64,000 bases of DNA from Candidatus Omnitrophota bacterium (GTDB lineage: Bacteria > Omnitrophota > Gorgyraeia > Zapsychrales > JANLHA01), in contig JBFMEN010000069.1 of the NCBI GenBank assembly GCA_040753435.1, positions 47,551-111,550 of the forward strand, given 5' to 3'. Below the pieces are notes generated by a model. The model worked only from the letters and a program-made list of their open reading frames with translations, did not search any database and had not been told where the DNA came from. The position numbers were made by a program, and so were the translations under genes. Of this stretch, positions 1-9,445 are shown in pieces; position 1 is the stretch's first letter; every line of letters starts with the position of its first letter.

Positions 1-739
1 TATTTTTTCGACAACAGGAGGATATCAGGGAATCGGTTTTGCGATTCCGATAGACACGGTTAAACGTATCACATCAAAAATTATCCGGGGGGAAGAAGTT
101 GAATACGGATGGATCGGAGTTGCGATTCAAAACCTCGATCAAAATCTGGCGGAATACTTCGGGTTGAAGAATCCGGATGGTGTCCTGGTTCATGAAGTTC
201 TGGTTCAAGGCCCTGCATCAAAAGCAGGCATTCAAAAGGGCGACATTATTTTATCTGTTAACCAAAGAAGGGTAAGGAATGTTTCTGAATTGATTAATCT
301 CATTGGTGCAATTACACCGGGAAAAATAGTTTCTTTACGCGTGTTCAGGAATGGTTCAAGCCGGCAGGTTAAGGTTGAGGTTGAAAGGAATCCAGTGAGT
401 AATTATCAGCAGGAGCAACGCCGGGAAGAGGAAGAACCTGCCCAGTTTTCTATCCTTGAACAATGGCGGGGGCTAAGCATTCAGGATATTCCGAAATCAA
501 TGACAGCGGAAATGGGCCTTGAAAGTATTGAGGGTGTTTTAGTCGCTGATGTCCAGGTTGGCTCTCCGGCCGACGAGGCAGGAATCCAGCCGGGCAGTAT
601 CATCCTGAGTGTCGACAGCAAGGATATCAGCAATGCTAAAGAATTCGAGGATGCGGTGCGAAATAAAAAGGGTGATGTTCTTTTACGTACAAACCAGGCA
701 TTTGTCGTTGTGAAAAGCCCACAAAATAATAAAAAATAA
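1..739 (+). CDS. HtrA/DegP-family serine protease, C-terminal part (5' truncated at the window edge): end of the protease domain plus two PDZ domains
   Basis: Frame 2 is open from position 2 and reads ...GYQGIGFAIPIDTVKRI..., the typical end of an HtrA trypsin-like domain. It runs straight into listed ORF 164..739, which holds two PDZ-like segments (GVLVHEVLVQGPASKAGIQKGDIIL; GVLVADVQVGSPADEAGIQPGSIIL). The TTG 'start' at 164 is therefore internal. Confidence 0.8.
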   Translation, partial: IFSTTGGYQGIGFAIPIDTVKRITSKIIRGEEVEYGWIGVAIQNLDQNLAEYFGLKNPDGVLVHEVLVQGPASKAGIQKGDIILSVNQRRVRNVSELINLIGAITPGKIVSLRVFRNGSSRQVKVEVERNPVSNYQQEQRREEEEPAQFSILEQWRGLSIQDIPKSMTAEMGLESIEGVLVADVQVGSPADEAGIQPGSIILSVDSKDISNAKEFEDAVRNKKGDVLLRTNQAFVVVKSPQNNKK

Positions 740-773
740 TCATAATTTACCTGATAAGGAGCGGGAAAAGAAG

Positions 774-1343
774 ATGCAAGTTCCTTTGGAAATTACATTT
801 CGTGGCGGTGTTGAACATAACCCGGCCATTGAAGACTTAATTCGCAGGAAAACCCAAAAGATGGATCAATTCTGCGATCATGTCAGCAGTTGCCATGTCG
901 CTATTGAAACTACCCAGAGACATCAAGAACGCGGCAATACATATCGCGTCAGACTCGATATCTCGGTTCCACCCGGGCACAAAATTTTTGTTGAGCGTAC
1001 TCCGAGTAAAGGCCATATGCATGATCCATTGACAACAACCATTCGAGGAGCCTTTAAGGCTGCTTATCGTCAGGTCAGGGACTTGTCGGAAAAACAGAAC
1101 CGGGAAATCAAGAGTCACCCTGATCAGACAATGAATGCGGTCGTTTCAAAAATCAAGAAGAGCGCCGGATATGGTTTCTTGCGTTCATTTGAAGGGAGAG
1201 AGATTTATTTTCATCGCCATAGTGTTATTAATGTTGATTTTAATGATCTAATGGTGGGAGACGGGATTCATTACATTGAAGAGATCGGAAATAAAGGAGC
1301 CCAGGCTTCTTCGGTTCATTTAGTTAACAGAACAAATTTATAG
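774..1343 (+). CDS. Ribosome hibernation promoting factor (HPF/YfiA, S30AE family) N-terminal domain fused to a C-terminal cold-shock (CSD/OB) domain
   Basis: The N-terminus MQVPLEITFRG...NPAIEDLIRRKTQKMDQF..HV matches the HPF pattern (MQIxITGR...TPAlr.yvekKl.kLerf). The C-terminus GYGFLRSFEGREIYFHRHSVI...GDGIHYIEEIGNKGAQASSV matches the CspA-like pattern (GFGFI...G.DvFvH.Sai...G..V.F....G.KGP.A.nV). Confidence 0.65.
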   Translation: MQVPLEITFRGGVEHNPAIEDLIRRKTQKMDQFCDHVSSCHVAIETTQRHQERGNTYRVRLDISVPPGHKIFVERTPSKGHMHDPLTTTIRGAFKAAYRQVRDLSEKQNREIKSHPDQTMNAVVSKIKKSAGYGFLRSFEGREIYFHRHSVINVDFNDLMVGDGIHYIEEIGNKGAQASSVHLVNRTNL

Positions 1344-1346
1344 GAA

Positions 1347-2549
1347 ATGTTCGACGGGCTGATTTTAACAGAAAGTGGAGCGGCGATGCGTTTAATAACA
1401 CGGGATGAGCTGAAGGGATTGATTGATGCCAGAATGGAACCTTGTATATCGATTTACGCTCCTATGGGTGTCCATCCTTCCTTTGCCAGGGGGAATGCGA
1501 TTCGTTTTAAGAATCTGCTGTCTAGAGTGGTTGAAGAGCTTGGACTGGAATGGAACAAGAGAAGTACTGATGCAAAAGAACTTATTGAACCACTTCAACG
1601 GTTGTTAAAGGAAGATGCTTTTTGGCAAAATCAAAGCGGGGGCTTGTGCGCTTTTGCAGGTCCGGGTTTTTTTCGTTATTATCGAATCCCTCTGGAATTT
1701 GAAGAGATGGTGCATATTGATGATCATTTTTATACCGGGCCGCTGCTCCCGTTATTTACAGGAGACGGGCGTTTTTATCTTTTATCATTAAGCCAGCAAC
1801 AAGTCCGTTTGTTTGAAGGGACGCATTACAGGTTGAAAGAAATGGTTTTGGGTGACCTACCTGATAATCGGGAGGACGCGCTGCGATTTCATAATAAAGA
1901 GAAGCACTTGATATTTCATACACGAAGCGCCGGGAATGCACAGGAACGCGATGCCATGTTTCATGGGCACGGAAGCAGCTCGGAAGACTCTAAAAAAAAC
2001 ATAGCGCTTTTTTTTGAAAAGGTTGACCGGCATTTGATGGAAATCCTTGAGGGAGAGTCATCTCCGCTGATTCTGGCCGGAGTTGATTTTATGAGGGATT
2101 GTTATAAGGAAGTGAGTCATTACGCGCATATTTTGAACGAAGGTATCGCTGGAAACCATCAGCGCGAACGCATTGAGGGTCTTCATCGGCAGGCATGGGA
2201 CCTTGTTAAGAATGTATTCAAAGAAAGTATTCATCATGATGCTGCGCGTTTCAGGAATCTCCGTGCCATAAAAGAGTCATCAGATGACATTAAGGAAATT
2301 ATTGTCCGTGCCTTTGAGGGAAAGGTAAGCGTGCTTTTTGTGCCCGAAAAGGGGCATATTTGGGGTGAGTTTGACCGCGCATCTTTCCATGTCAATGTTT
2401 TCCCCGTCAAGATTAACGGCGATGATGATCTGCTTGAATTAACGTCCGAGCAAACAATCATTCATCGGGGAAGTGTTTATGCGGTCAAGCCTGATGAAAT
2501 TCCGGGAGAGTCCGGTGTCGCTGCAATTTTCAGGCAGGGGATAGTATAA
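1347..2549 (+). CDS. Conserved hypothetical protein, possibly a bacterial eRF1/Pelota-like (baeRF-type) release-factor-superfamily protein
   Basis: A 400-aa soluble ORF only 3 nt after the HPF-CSD gene. I recognise no enzymatic motif. The call comes from overall resemblance to long 'host-attachment/baeRF' proteins and the ribosome-associated neighbour, so the family assignment is tentative. Confidence 0.3.
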   Translation: MFDGLILTESGAAMRLITRDELKGLIDARMEPCISIYAPMGVHPSFARGNAIRFKNLLSRVVEELGLEWNKRSTDAKELIEPLQRLLKEDAFWQNQSGGLCAFAGPGFFRYYRIPLEFEEMVHIDDHFYTGPLLPLFTGDGRFYLLSLSQQQVRLFEGTHYRLKEMVLGDLPDNREDALRFHNKEKHLIFHTRSAGNAQERDAMFHGHGSSSEDSKKNIALFFEKVDRHLMEILEGESSPLILAGVDFMRDCYKEVSHYAHILNEGIAGNHQRERIEGLHRQAWDLVKNVFKESIHHDAARFRNLRAIKESSDDIKEIIVRAFEGKVSVLFVPEKGHIWGEFDRASFHVNVFPVKINGDDDLLELTSEQTIIHRGSVYAVKPDEIPGESGVAAIFRQGIV

Positions 2550-2554
2550 ATTTT

Positions 2555-2833
2555 ATGGAAAGTCGTCGGGTACATGTTTTGATCGCGGGAATCGTCCAGG
2601 GAGTATTTTTTCGTTCGTTCATGAAGGAGAAGGCCCAGGAACTTGGAGTTAAAGGCTGGGTAAAAAATCGGGTGGACGGAACGCTTGAATCGGTGATGGA
2701 AGGAAAAAAGGATGCAGTTGATGAATTAATTTCATGGTGCCGCAAGGGACCTCCCATGGCCGACGTTGATTATATTCATTTGGAGCGAGAAGACTTTAGA
2801 GATGAGTTCAAATCTTTTAATATTGAATATTAA
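2555..2833 (+). CDS. acyP: Acylphosphatase
   Basis: A 92-aa protein with the signature VHVLIAGIVQGVFFR (the V.G.VQGV.FR phosphate-binding loop). Confidence 0.85.
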   Translation: MESRRVHVLIAGIVQGVFFRSFMKEKAQELGVKGWVKNRVDGTLESVMEGKKDAVDELISWCRKGPPMADVDYIHLEREDFRDEFKSFNIEY

Positions 2834-2844
2834 AAATTTATGAA

Positions 2845-3522
2845 TTGATGAGAGAGGCAGCTATGGTTATTGGAAAAGATAAAATAAAGCAGGACGTCGA
2901 GGATCAGATATCAAATGACAATCGTGTCAGTGCCAGTGAAATTAATGTTGATGTGGACAAGGGTGAGGTTATATTGCGCGGCCGGGCGGGATCCTATTTG
3001 GCCAGGAGGGCAGCTGAGACGGATGCCTGGGTTGTTGAAGGAGTGATTAACGTAAAAAATGAAATCGATGTGAGCTATCCCATCGATAAAATGCTGACTG
3101 ATAATGAAATCCGAAAGAACATAGATGAGTTTTTACTATATAATCCGCAAATTGACGCATCCAAAGTCGACATCGGTGTCAGAAGCGGGATTGTGACTTT
3201 ATTTGGAAGTGTTGATCATTATTGGAAAAAAAATGCTGTTGAAGAAGCGGTGAACGATCTCACAGGAGTCAAAGGCGTTATTAACGAACTTGCCGTAGTG
3301 CCAACCAAGCAATTATCAGATGAAGTGATTGCTCAGGAAATTTTATCTACAGCCGAGCTGGATTTCCCGGTTGATATGAACAAGATTATCGTTGAGGTCG
3401 AAGAAGGCCGGGTGACGCTTAAGGGCATCGTTCCCGACTGGAAATCCGGCAAAATTATCTACGATAAGGCCTGCTATACAACCGGAGTTGTTGATGTCGA
3501 TAATCAAATGGAAATTCAATAA
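2845..3522 (+). CDS. BON-domain protein (OsmY-like, three BON repeats)
   Basis: Repeated ~60-aa units with V.V.V..G.VtL.G.V...W....A...A..v.GV..V.N.l.V motifs (e.g. INVDVDKGEVILRGRA, IGVRSGIVTLFGSV, IIVEVEEGRVTLKGIV). Confidence 0.75.
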   Translation: MMREAAMVIGKDKIKQDVEDQISNDNRVSASEINVDVDKGEVILRGRAGSYLARRAAETDAWVVEGVINVKNEIDVSYPIDKMLTDNEIRKNIDEFLLYNPQIDASKVDIGVRSGIVTLFGSVDHYWKKNAVEEAVNDLTGVKGVINELAVVPTKQLSDEVIAQEILSTAELDFPVDMNKIIVEVEEGRVTLKGIVPDWKSGKIIYDKACYTTGVVDVDNQMEIQ

Positions 3523-3711
3523 AAGGCTGTTGCTTTTTGATGTCCAATTTCCCTGGTTAGAATTCCCCTCCAATTTTGCTGTTCGCTGATTATTGTCTAT
3601 TTTAAGGAGAAAAAGGTCGGAATTTAGAGGAACACGGATGTTGAGGGAAATCCCCTTCTGTGTGATGATGGCGTTACAAATAAGGCTATTTAATCAAAAG
3701 GAGGCAAAAAG

Positions 3712-4155
3712 ATGGAAAGGGTAAAGGAAGAACTGGTGACAATGCTTAACCAGGCCCTTGAGTTGGAGCATGCGGCCCGTATACAGTACCTTGCTCATGC
3801 GGAGGCAATAAAAGGGCTTCAATCTGAGAAACTGATTGAGCGGATTAAAGAGATTGCTTCTGATGAAGAAAAACATGAAGAGATGTTTCGTGAGATGATT
3901 GGCGGTTATTTGGGAGGTATTCCGACTATGGGCATGTCGGAGACCCATTCAGCCTTCGAAATCCAGCAGATCCTTGATGTAAATATGAAACAGGAAAAGG
4001 ACGCAATTGATTTTTATAAAAAGATCTACAAAAAAGTTATCGATAACAAGGAAAATCTCCAATATCAATTTGAGGCGCTTGAGCACAGCATTCGTCACAT
4101 TATTATTGATGAGGAGGAACATGTGTCAGAGCTTTCTTTATTGATGGGGATTTAA
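3712..4155 (+). CDS. Ferritin-like four-helix-bundle protein (di-iron, Rbr/Dps-like superfamily)
   Basis: Paired E...EH / E..H motifs (LELEHAARIQY; EEKHEEMFREMI; LEHSIRHI..EEEH), as in ferritin-like di-iron carboxylate proteins. Confidence 0.5.
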   Translation: MERVKEELVTMLNQALELEHAARIQYLAHAEAIKGLQSEKLIERIKEIASDEEKHEEMFREMIGGYLGGIPTMGMSETHSAFEIQQILDVNMKQEKDAIDFYKKIYKKVIDNKENLQYQFEALEHSIRHIIIDEEEHVSELSLLMGI

Positions 4156-4175
4156 GGAACGGCAGAAGACGAGAG

Positions 4176-4418
4176 GTGGCCATGTCCAATGTGAAGGTTT
4201 ATAGTACGCCTGCGTGTCCGTATTGTCGAAAGGCGAAGGAATTTCTTCATGAAAACAACATTGAGTTCGAAGATATTAATATTGCGGCAGATCAACGGAC
4301 AGCCAGGGAAATTATTGAGAAAACAGGGAGAATGAGCGTTCCGGTGATTGACATCGATGGAAAATATATCATTGGATATGATGAGCCGGCATTAAAAGAA
4401 ACTCTCCATATTAAATAG
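4176..4418 (+). CDS. Glutaredoxin-like protein (NrdH/Grx family)
   Basis: 80 aa with a CPYC redox motif (STPACPYCRKAKEFL) and a ...VPVIDIDGKYIIGYDE... thioredoxin-fold tail. Confidence 0.8.
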   Translation: MAMSNVKVYSTPACPYCRKAKEFLHENNIEFEDINIAADQRTAREIIEKTGRMSVPVIDIDGKYIIGYDEPALKETLHIK

Positions 4419-4449
4419 TGAAAGGACGGGGGCAGGATCAGGAGGAAAC

Positions 4450-5361
4450 ATGCTTGATGTGGTGATTATCGGTGCAGGCATTGCCGGATGTACTGCTGCG
4501 GTTTATGCTGCCAGAAACCGAATGGATTATTTGCTGGTTTCGGATAATTTTGGGGGCCAGTTTCTGGAATCAGGCATGATCTTGAACTATCCCGGTGTTA
4601 TTCAGACCGATGGATTTAAATTTCGTTCTGCCTTTGAAAAACAGCTGGAATTTAACGGTGTTCAGCGCCTTATTGGCCCCCATATCAAAAAAATTGAATC
4701 CATTGAAAACGGTTTCAGACTTATCGGGGATCGGCAGGAGTTTGAGACCCAAACTGTTATTATTGCCACAGGCTCGCATCCCAGGAAATTGAATGTTCCC
4801 GGGGAGGATAGTTTTTTAAATCGAGGGGTGACTTATTGTTCGGTTTGTGATGGGCCTCTCTTTGCGGACAAAATAATTGCTATTATCGGTGGAGGAAATT
4901 CAGCCCTTGAAGGCATTCATTTCACACACAGAATCGCGAAAAAGATCTATCTGATTAATATCGAAGATCATTTTAGCGCCCATGCCTATTTGAGCGAAAC
5001 GATAGCCTCTTTTGAAAATGTTGAGGTTATTGATAAAGCAAGGACTTTCGAAATTTTCGGGGATGATTTTGTTCAGGGATTGCGATATGAAAGGGAAGGC
5101 AAACAATATCAACTGGATGTTCATGGGATCATTATAGAAATAGGCCGAACGCCTAATACTGATTTTTTAAAAGGTTTTGTTGAACTGGATGAGAAGAAAC
5201 ATGTTGTGATTGATTGCCAGTCGCGCACTTCCGTTGAAGGGGTTTTCGCCGCGGGTGATTGCGCTTCGGGGTTGGAATATCAATATGTGATTGCGGCCGG
5301 ACAAGGATGCATCGCTTTGTTAAAAGCGGCTAGATATTTGTCAAACCGAAGAGATTTTTAA
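4450..5361 (+). CDS. Thioredoxin-disulfide reductase-like FAD/NAD(P)-dependent pyridine nucleotide-disulfide oxidoreductase
   Basis: N-terminal FAD motif VVIIGAGIAGCTAAVYAA, redox-active CSVCDG (compare TrxB CATCDG), a second dinucleotide motif IAIIGGGNSALE, and C-terminal FAAGDC. Confidence 0.7.
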   Translation: MLDVVIIGAGIAGCTAAVYAARNRMDYLLVSDNFGGQFLESGMILNYPGVIQTDGFKFRSAFEKQLEFNGVQRLIGPHIKKIESIENGFRLIGDRQEFETQTVIIATGSHPRKLNVPGEDSFLNRGVTYCSVCDGPLFADKIIAIIGGGNSALEGIHFTHRIAKKIYLINIEDHFSAHAYLSETIASFENVEVIDKARTFEIFGDDFVQGLRYEREGKQYQLDVHGIIIEIGRTPNTDFLKGFVELDEKKHVVIDCQSRTSVEGVFAAGDCASGLEYQYVIAAGQGCIALLKAARYLSNRRDF

Positions 5362-5395
5362 AATCATCGACCTTGAAGAAGAGGGAGGGCTGTTC

Positions 5396-5971
5396 ATGAC
5401 CGGTATACCCAAAAACATACTGCCAGTAGGGTTGCTGATGAAAGAACACAGATTGATTGAAAAAATGGTTAGGGTAATCGACGGTAAAATTAAAGAGTAC
5501 AAGGGTTCGGGAAGACCGGATGGGTTTTTCATTAATGGCGTTGTTGATTTTTTTAAAGTCTATGCAGACAAAAATCATCATGGCAAAGAAGAAGAAATCC
5601 TGTTTGCCCGATTGGAGAACAGGGACATTACATTGCAGCACCGGGCCATTATGCAAAATCTTCTTCGGGATCATGTTCAAAGCCGGAAGATCGTAGGGAA
5701 GATCAGGGAGTTGAATGCGGGGATATTCAAAAATAGCCCCCAGGCGATTGATGAAGTGATTGCACATTTACAGACGTTAGCCAGTCTTTATACAAACCAT
5801 ATTGATGTTGAGGATAATCATTTTTTTCTTCCTGTCATGGGTTATTTCAGCAAAGTTGAACAGGAGAAGATGATTGAGGATTTTATCGATTTTGATCGAC
5901 AGTTTGTTCACAACCATTATAGGGATTTCGTTAGCGGTTTCTTGAAAGGCACGGAAGGTCATGCGATCTGA
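5396..5971 (+). CDS. Hemerythrin-like domain protein
   Basis: His/Glu spacing of the HHE cation-binding domain (MKEHRLIEKM; KNHHGKEEEILF; LRDHVQSRK; HIDVEDNHFF). Confidence 0.45.
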   Translation: MTGIPKNILPVGLLMKEHRLIEKMVRVIDGKIKEYKGSGRPDGFFINGVVDFFKVYADKNHHGKEEEILFARLENRDITLQHRAIMQNLLRDHVQSRKIVGKIRELNAGIFKNSPQAIDEVIAHLQTLASLYTNHIDVEDNHFFLPVMGYFSKVEQEKMIEDFIDFDRQFVHNHYRDFVSGFLKGTEGHAI

Positions 5972-7691
5972 ATTGATGATACGGGTAACTGGTGAGGCTG
6001 GGCAAGGTTTGAAGACCATCGGTAACCTTCTTTGCAAAATCTTCAGACGCTCAGGGTGGAATCTTTTTGCAAACCAGGATTATATGTCCCGCATACGCGG
6101 CGGGAATAATTTTTTTCAGATCCGGGTGTCAAATAAGCCTGTTTGTTGCACACGGGAAAAATGCGACTTGATTGTCGCGCTTGATAAGGACAGCGTCGGT
6201 ATCCACCGTAAAGATCTGAATGAAAGCGGCCGGATGATCGCTGATCTGCAGAAATTTGGTATCGAAAACGATCCCCAATATATTGACATCCCTCTTTTTG
6301 ACATTGCCCAAAAAATCGGGGGAAACGATATTTATATTAATTCTGTCGCTTGCGGAATGATTAGCGCTTTGGCCGGGGTTAATTTTGCTAGTGTAAAAAA
6401 GGAACTGGAAATGACATTTGCCAGGAAAGGCGCGGATATTATCGAAAAAAATATCCATGCGGCCTTTTCAGGTTATGAGAAGGTAAACAGTCAAGCCAAA
6501 GACTGCGGTTTTGTTTTAAAAGAAGATCCAGAGAAAACGGGTATGCTTATTGACGGCAATGACGCTATCGGAATTAGCGCCATTGTTTCCGGTTGTAAAT
6601 TCTATTCAGGTTATCCCATGACGCCGTCTACCGGTATTATGGAATTCATTGCGCGTTACGCCGATCGTTTCAATATTGTTGTTGAGCAGGCTGAGGATGA
6701 AATTGCCGCGGTGAACATGGTTATCGGGGCCTCTTATGCCGGTGTTCGATCTATGACCTCAACCTCAGGAGGAGGTTTTGCGCTGATGACCGAGGCCCTG
6801 AGTCTGGCGGGAATGACGGAGACTCCGATTGTTATTGTCGATGCTCAGCGTCCTGGACCGGCAACGGGTTTTCCAACACGTACGGAACAGGCGGATATTG
6901 ATTTCCTGATTAATGCCGGTCATGGGGAATTCGCCAGAGCAGTCCTTAGCCCAGGCACTATAGAAGAAGCATTTTATTTAACAAATAAAGCCTTTTATTT
7001 GGCCGATAAATACCAAATCCCGGTCTTGTTGATGACAGACCAGCATCTGGCAGACTCTTATCGGAATGTTGATCTCTTTGATATCAGCAGGATCAATAAT
7101 GAACACTTCATTATTTCTAAAGAGGCATCTGTTCATGTTAATAATTACAAGCGATATGCCTTAACACAAACTGGAATTTCTCCCCGGGCGATCCCTTCAT
7201 GGATTGCTGATGTTATTTATGCCGACAGTGACGAGCATACGGAAGAAGGTCATATAACCGAAGATGCCGATGTGCGTATTCAAATGGTTCAGAAGCGGTT
7301 TTATAAGAAGATGGAAGGTTTGCAACAGGAAGTTGAAGAGCCCGTAGCGTACAAGGTTGATGACGCGGACATGATCCTTATCGGTTATGGTTCAACATTT
7401 GGTGCGATTAATGAGGTCTGCCGGTCAGAAACGAATTTGGGATTTATTCATTTACCGCAGGTATGGCCTTTTCCAGCGTCCCGGTTTCAACAGTTGATAA
7501 AGAAAGGGAAAAAACTGTTAACGGTTGAAGGGAATGCCGGAGGAAAGCTGGCGAAATTAATCAAAATGGAAACCTGTATCGAAGTTAATGGATCAATTCT
7601 TCGTTATGATGGCCGCCCCATTAATCGTGATTATCTCTTATCTAAATTGGCAGAGGAGTTGAAGCATGGATCTTCAAACCTATCAAAGTAA
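5961..7691 (+). CDS. korA: 2-oxoacid:ferredoxin oxidoreductase alpha subunit with fused N-terminal gamma domain (KorA/VorA-like)
   Basis: An N-terminal gamma-type domain (IRVTGEAGQGLKTIGNLL) is followed by the alpha-subunit core (GYPMTPSTGIMEF, VEQAEDEIAAVNMVIGASYAGVRSMTSTSGGGFALM). It overlaps the beta-subunit gene. Confidence 0.85.
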   Translation: MRSELMIRVTGEAGQGLKTIGNLLCKIFRRSGWNLFANQDYMSRIRGGNNFFQIRVSNKPVCCTREKCDLIVALDKDSVGIHRKDLNESGRMIADLQKFGIENDPQYIDIPLFDIAQKIGGNDIYINSVACGMISALAGVNFASVKKELEMTFARKGADIIEKNIHAAFSGYEKVNSQAKDCGFVLKEDPEKTGMLIDGNDAIGISAIVSGCKFYSGYPMTPSTGIMEFIARYADRFNIVVEQAEDEIAAVNMVIGASYAGVRSMTSTSGGGFALMTEALSLAGMTETPIVIVDAQRPGPATGFPTRTEQADIDFLINAGHGEFARAVLSPGTIEEAFYLTNKAFYLADKYQIPVLLMTDQHLADSYRNVDLFDISRINNEHFIISKEASVHVNNYKRYALTQTGISPRAIPSWIADVIYADSDEHTEEGHITEDADVRIQMVQKRFYKKMEGLQQEVEEPVAYKVDDADMILIGYGSTFGAINEVCRSETNLGFIHLPQVWPFPASRFQQLIKKGKKLLTVEGNAGGKLAKLIKMETCIEVNGSILRYDGRPINRDYLLSKLAEELKHGSSNLSK

Positions 7692-8526
7692 TGATCCAAT
7701 TGCCTGGTGCCCCGGGTGCGGAAATTTCGGAATTTTAACGGCGCTTAAAAAAGCATTACTAAATCTGGATCTGCCGCCGAAAGACGTATTGCTGGTCTCC
7801 GGAATAGGTCAGGCCGCAAAGCTTCCTCATTATATAAAGAGCAATTGTTTTAACGGACTTCACGGAAGGGCATTACCGGCTGCGGCAGGGGCCAAGATTG
7901 CAAATCCCGCGCTAACGGTAATCGTTACAACTGGCGATGGAGATTGTTATGGAGAAGGCGGGAATCACTTTATTCATAATATTCGGCGGAACGTTGATAT
8001 CACTGTGATCGTTCATAACAATCAGATTTACGGGCTGACCAAGGGACAGGCTTCTCCGACGACGGATACTGGTTTTACGACAAACATGCAGCCAAACGGT
8101 GTTGTTTTGGAACCTTTTCACGGGGTGGCTGTGGCGATTGCATTGGGGGCAGGTTTTGTTGCACGGGGGTATTCCGGCCATTCTGATGCGTTATCCGATC
8201 TTATTGTAAAAGGGGTCAGGCACCGGGGATTTTCACTGATTGAGGTATTACAGCCCTGCGTCACTTTCAATCACCGGAACACTTATCGTTGGTACAGTGA
8301 GCGTCTTTACCGGCTTGAAGATGAAAAAGATTATGATCCGCGCAATAAGATGCGGGCTGTTGGGAAAGCGTTTGAATGGGGAGACAAAATTCCAGAAGGT
8401 GTCTTTTATGAAGAAATAAAAGATGATTATGCGCAAAAGACAGGTCTGGCAGATCGGCCTCATCTTGTGGATGAGACTGTGAATGCAGGAGAAATTTTTA
8501 AGGAACTGATTGATGTTTTTATTTAG
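7666..8526 (+). CDS. korB: 2-oxoacid:ferredoxin oxidoreductase beta subunit (TPP-binding)
   Basis: WCPGCGNFGIL at the N-terminus, TPP-binding GDGDCYGEGGNHF, and a 26-nt overlap with korA. Confidence 0.85.
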   Translation: MDLQTYQSNDPIAWCPGCGNFGILTALKKALLNLDLPPKDVLLVSGIGQAAKLPHYIKSNCFNGLHGRALPAAAGAKIANPALTVIVTTGDGDCYGEGGNHFIHNIRRNVDITVIVHNNQIYGLTKGQASPTTDTGFTTNMQPNGVVLEPFHGVAVAIALGAGFVARGYSGHSDALSDLIVKGVRHRGFSLIEVLQPCVTFNHRNTYRWYSERLYRLEDEKDYDPRNKMRAVGKAFEWGDKIPEGVFYEEIKDDYAQKTGLADRPHLVDETVNAGEIFKELIDVFI

Positions 8527-8541
8527 GCATGGAGGCGAGCT

Positions 8542-9399
8542 ATGAGACGAACTATAAAATTTAACGGTAAGGAGATAGCATTAAAAGGGATTCCCATTGA
8601 ATTGAATGAAATTGTTCCGGATTTTCGGGCCATTGATTCCAAATTGGATGAGGTGACCCTGTCGGACTTTAAAGGGAAGATCAAACTTTTTACGACATTT
8701 CCATCGTTGGACACTCCCGTTTGTGATAAACAAATCAACGAGTTTAATGGGCGGGCCCAACAGCTGTCGGAAAATGTCTGTGTAATTGGGCTGAGCATGG
8801 ATCTTCCTTTTGCCATTAACAGGTTTTGTGAAAAGAATAACATCAGAAAGGTAAAACTTTTATCGGACCATAGATACACCTCGTTCGGATTGAATTATGG
8901 ATTGCTTATCAAAGATCTTCACCTTTTGGCGAGATCTGTTCTGATTGTAGATGAAAACGACGTGCTCCGGTATTATGAAATTGTTGAAGAGCTGGATAAA
9001 TCTCCGGATTATGACAGGTGTTTGGCGGAGCTGGAAAATATTATTAATCAAGCCCGGCCTTTGACGCCTGAGCAAATTGCATCCAGGGAGTATATTTCTT
9101 GTTGTGAGGGAGCTTCTCCCCTGACGCCTCCCGAAATAAATGAATACCTTTCACAGCTCACTGGCTGGGAACTGGTTGATCATAAGAAGATCGTTAAAGA
9201 TTATCACAGACAGAATTACCAGGAATCAAAAGATTTGCTGGATGATATTTCCGTGATCGCGGATGAGCAGGGACATCATCCCACGACAGTTCTGGGTTAT
9301 GATCACCTGAAGGTGATTCTTACGACACACTCTGTCGGTGAACTCACAGAGAACGATTTTGTTATGGCGGGCCTGATTGACGATCTCGCCGAAACGTAA
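8542..9399 (+). CDS. Thiol peroxidase (Tpx, atypical 2-Cys peroxiredoxin) fused to pterin-4a-carbinolamine dehydratase (PCD/DCoH)
   Basis: The N-terminal ~165 aa follow the Tpx pattern (FKGKIKLFTTFPSLDTPVCDKQ...). The C-terminal ~100 aa follow the PCD pattern (LSQLTGWELV...IVKDYHRQNYQESKDLLDDISVIADEQGHHPTTVLGYDHLKVILTTHSVGELTENDFVMAGLIDDL) with the EQGHHP core. Confidence 0.75.
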   Translation: MRRTIKFNGKEIALKGIPIELNEIVPDFRAIDSKLDEVTLSDFKGKIKLFTTFPSLDTPVCDKQINEFNGRAQQLSENVCVIGLSMDLPFAINRFCEKNNIRKVKLLSDHRYTSFGLNYGLLIKDLHLLARSVLIVDENDVLRYYEIVEELDKSPDYDRCLAELENIINQARPLTPEQIASREYISCCEGASPLTPPEINEYLSQLTGWELVDHKKIVKDYHRQNYQESKDLLDDISVIADEQGHHPTTVLGYDHLKVILTTHSVGELTENDFVMAGLIDDLAET

Positions 9400-9445
9400 A
9401 CTTTTGTTTGGCGAACGGCTGAAATATGACGAACAGGAGATATCG

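Noticed and set aside
164-739. ORF-track call of a 191-aa stand-alone gene starting with TTG at 164
   Set aside because: The same frame is open back to position 2 and encodes the end of an HtrA protease domain (GIGFAIPID...). The gene is therefore 5'-truncated by the window edge, not a separate small PDZ protein.
837-2757. Several 60-110-aa ORFs antisense to or overlapping the HPF-CSD and baeRF-like genes and the acylphosphatase gene (837-1118 -, 1392-1598 -, 1423-1608 +, 1756-1941 -, 2234-2461 -, 2530-2757 -)
   Set aside because: They sit entirely inside longer ORFs that have recognisable domains. They have no RBS or motif support. They are typical shadow ORFs.
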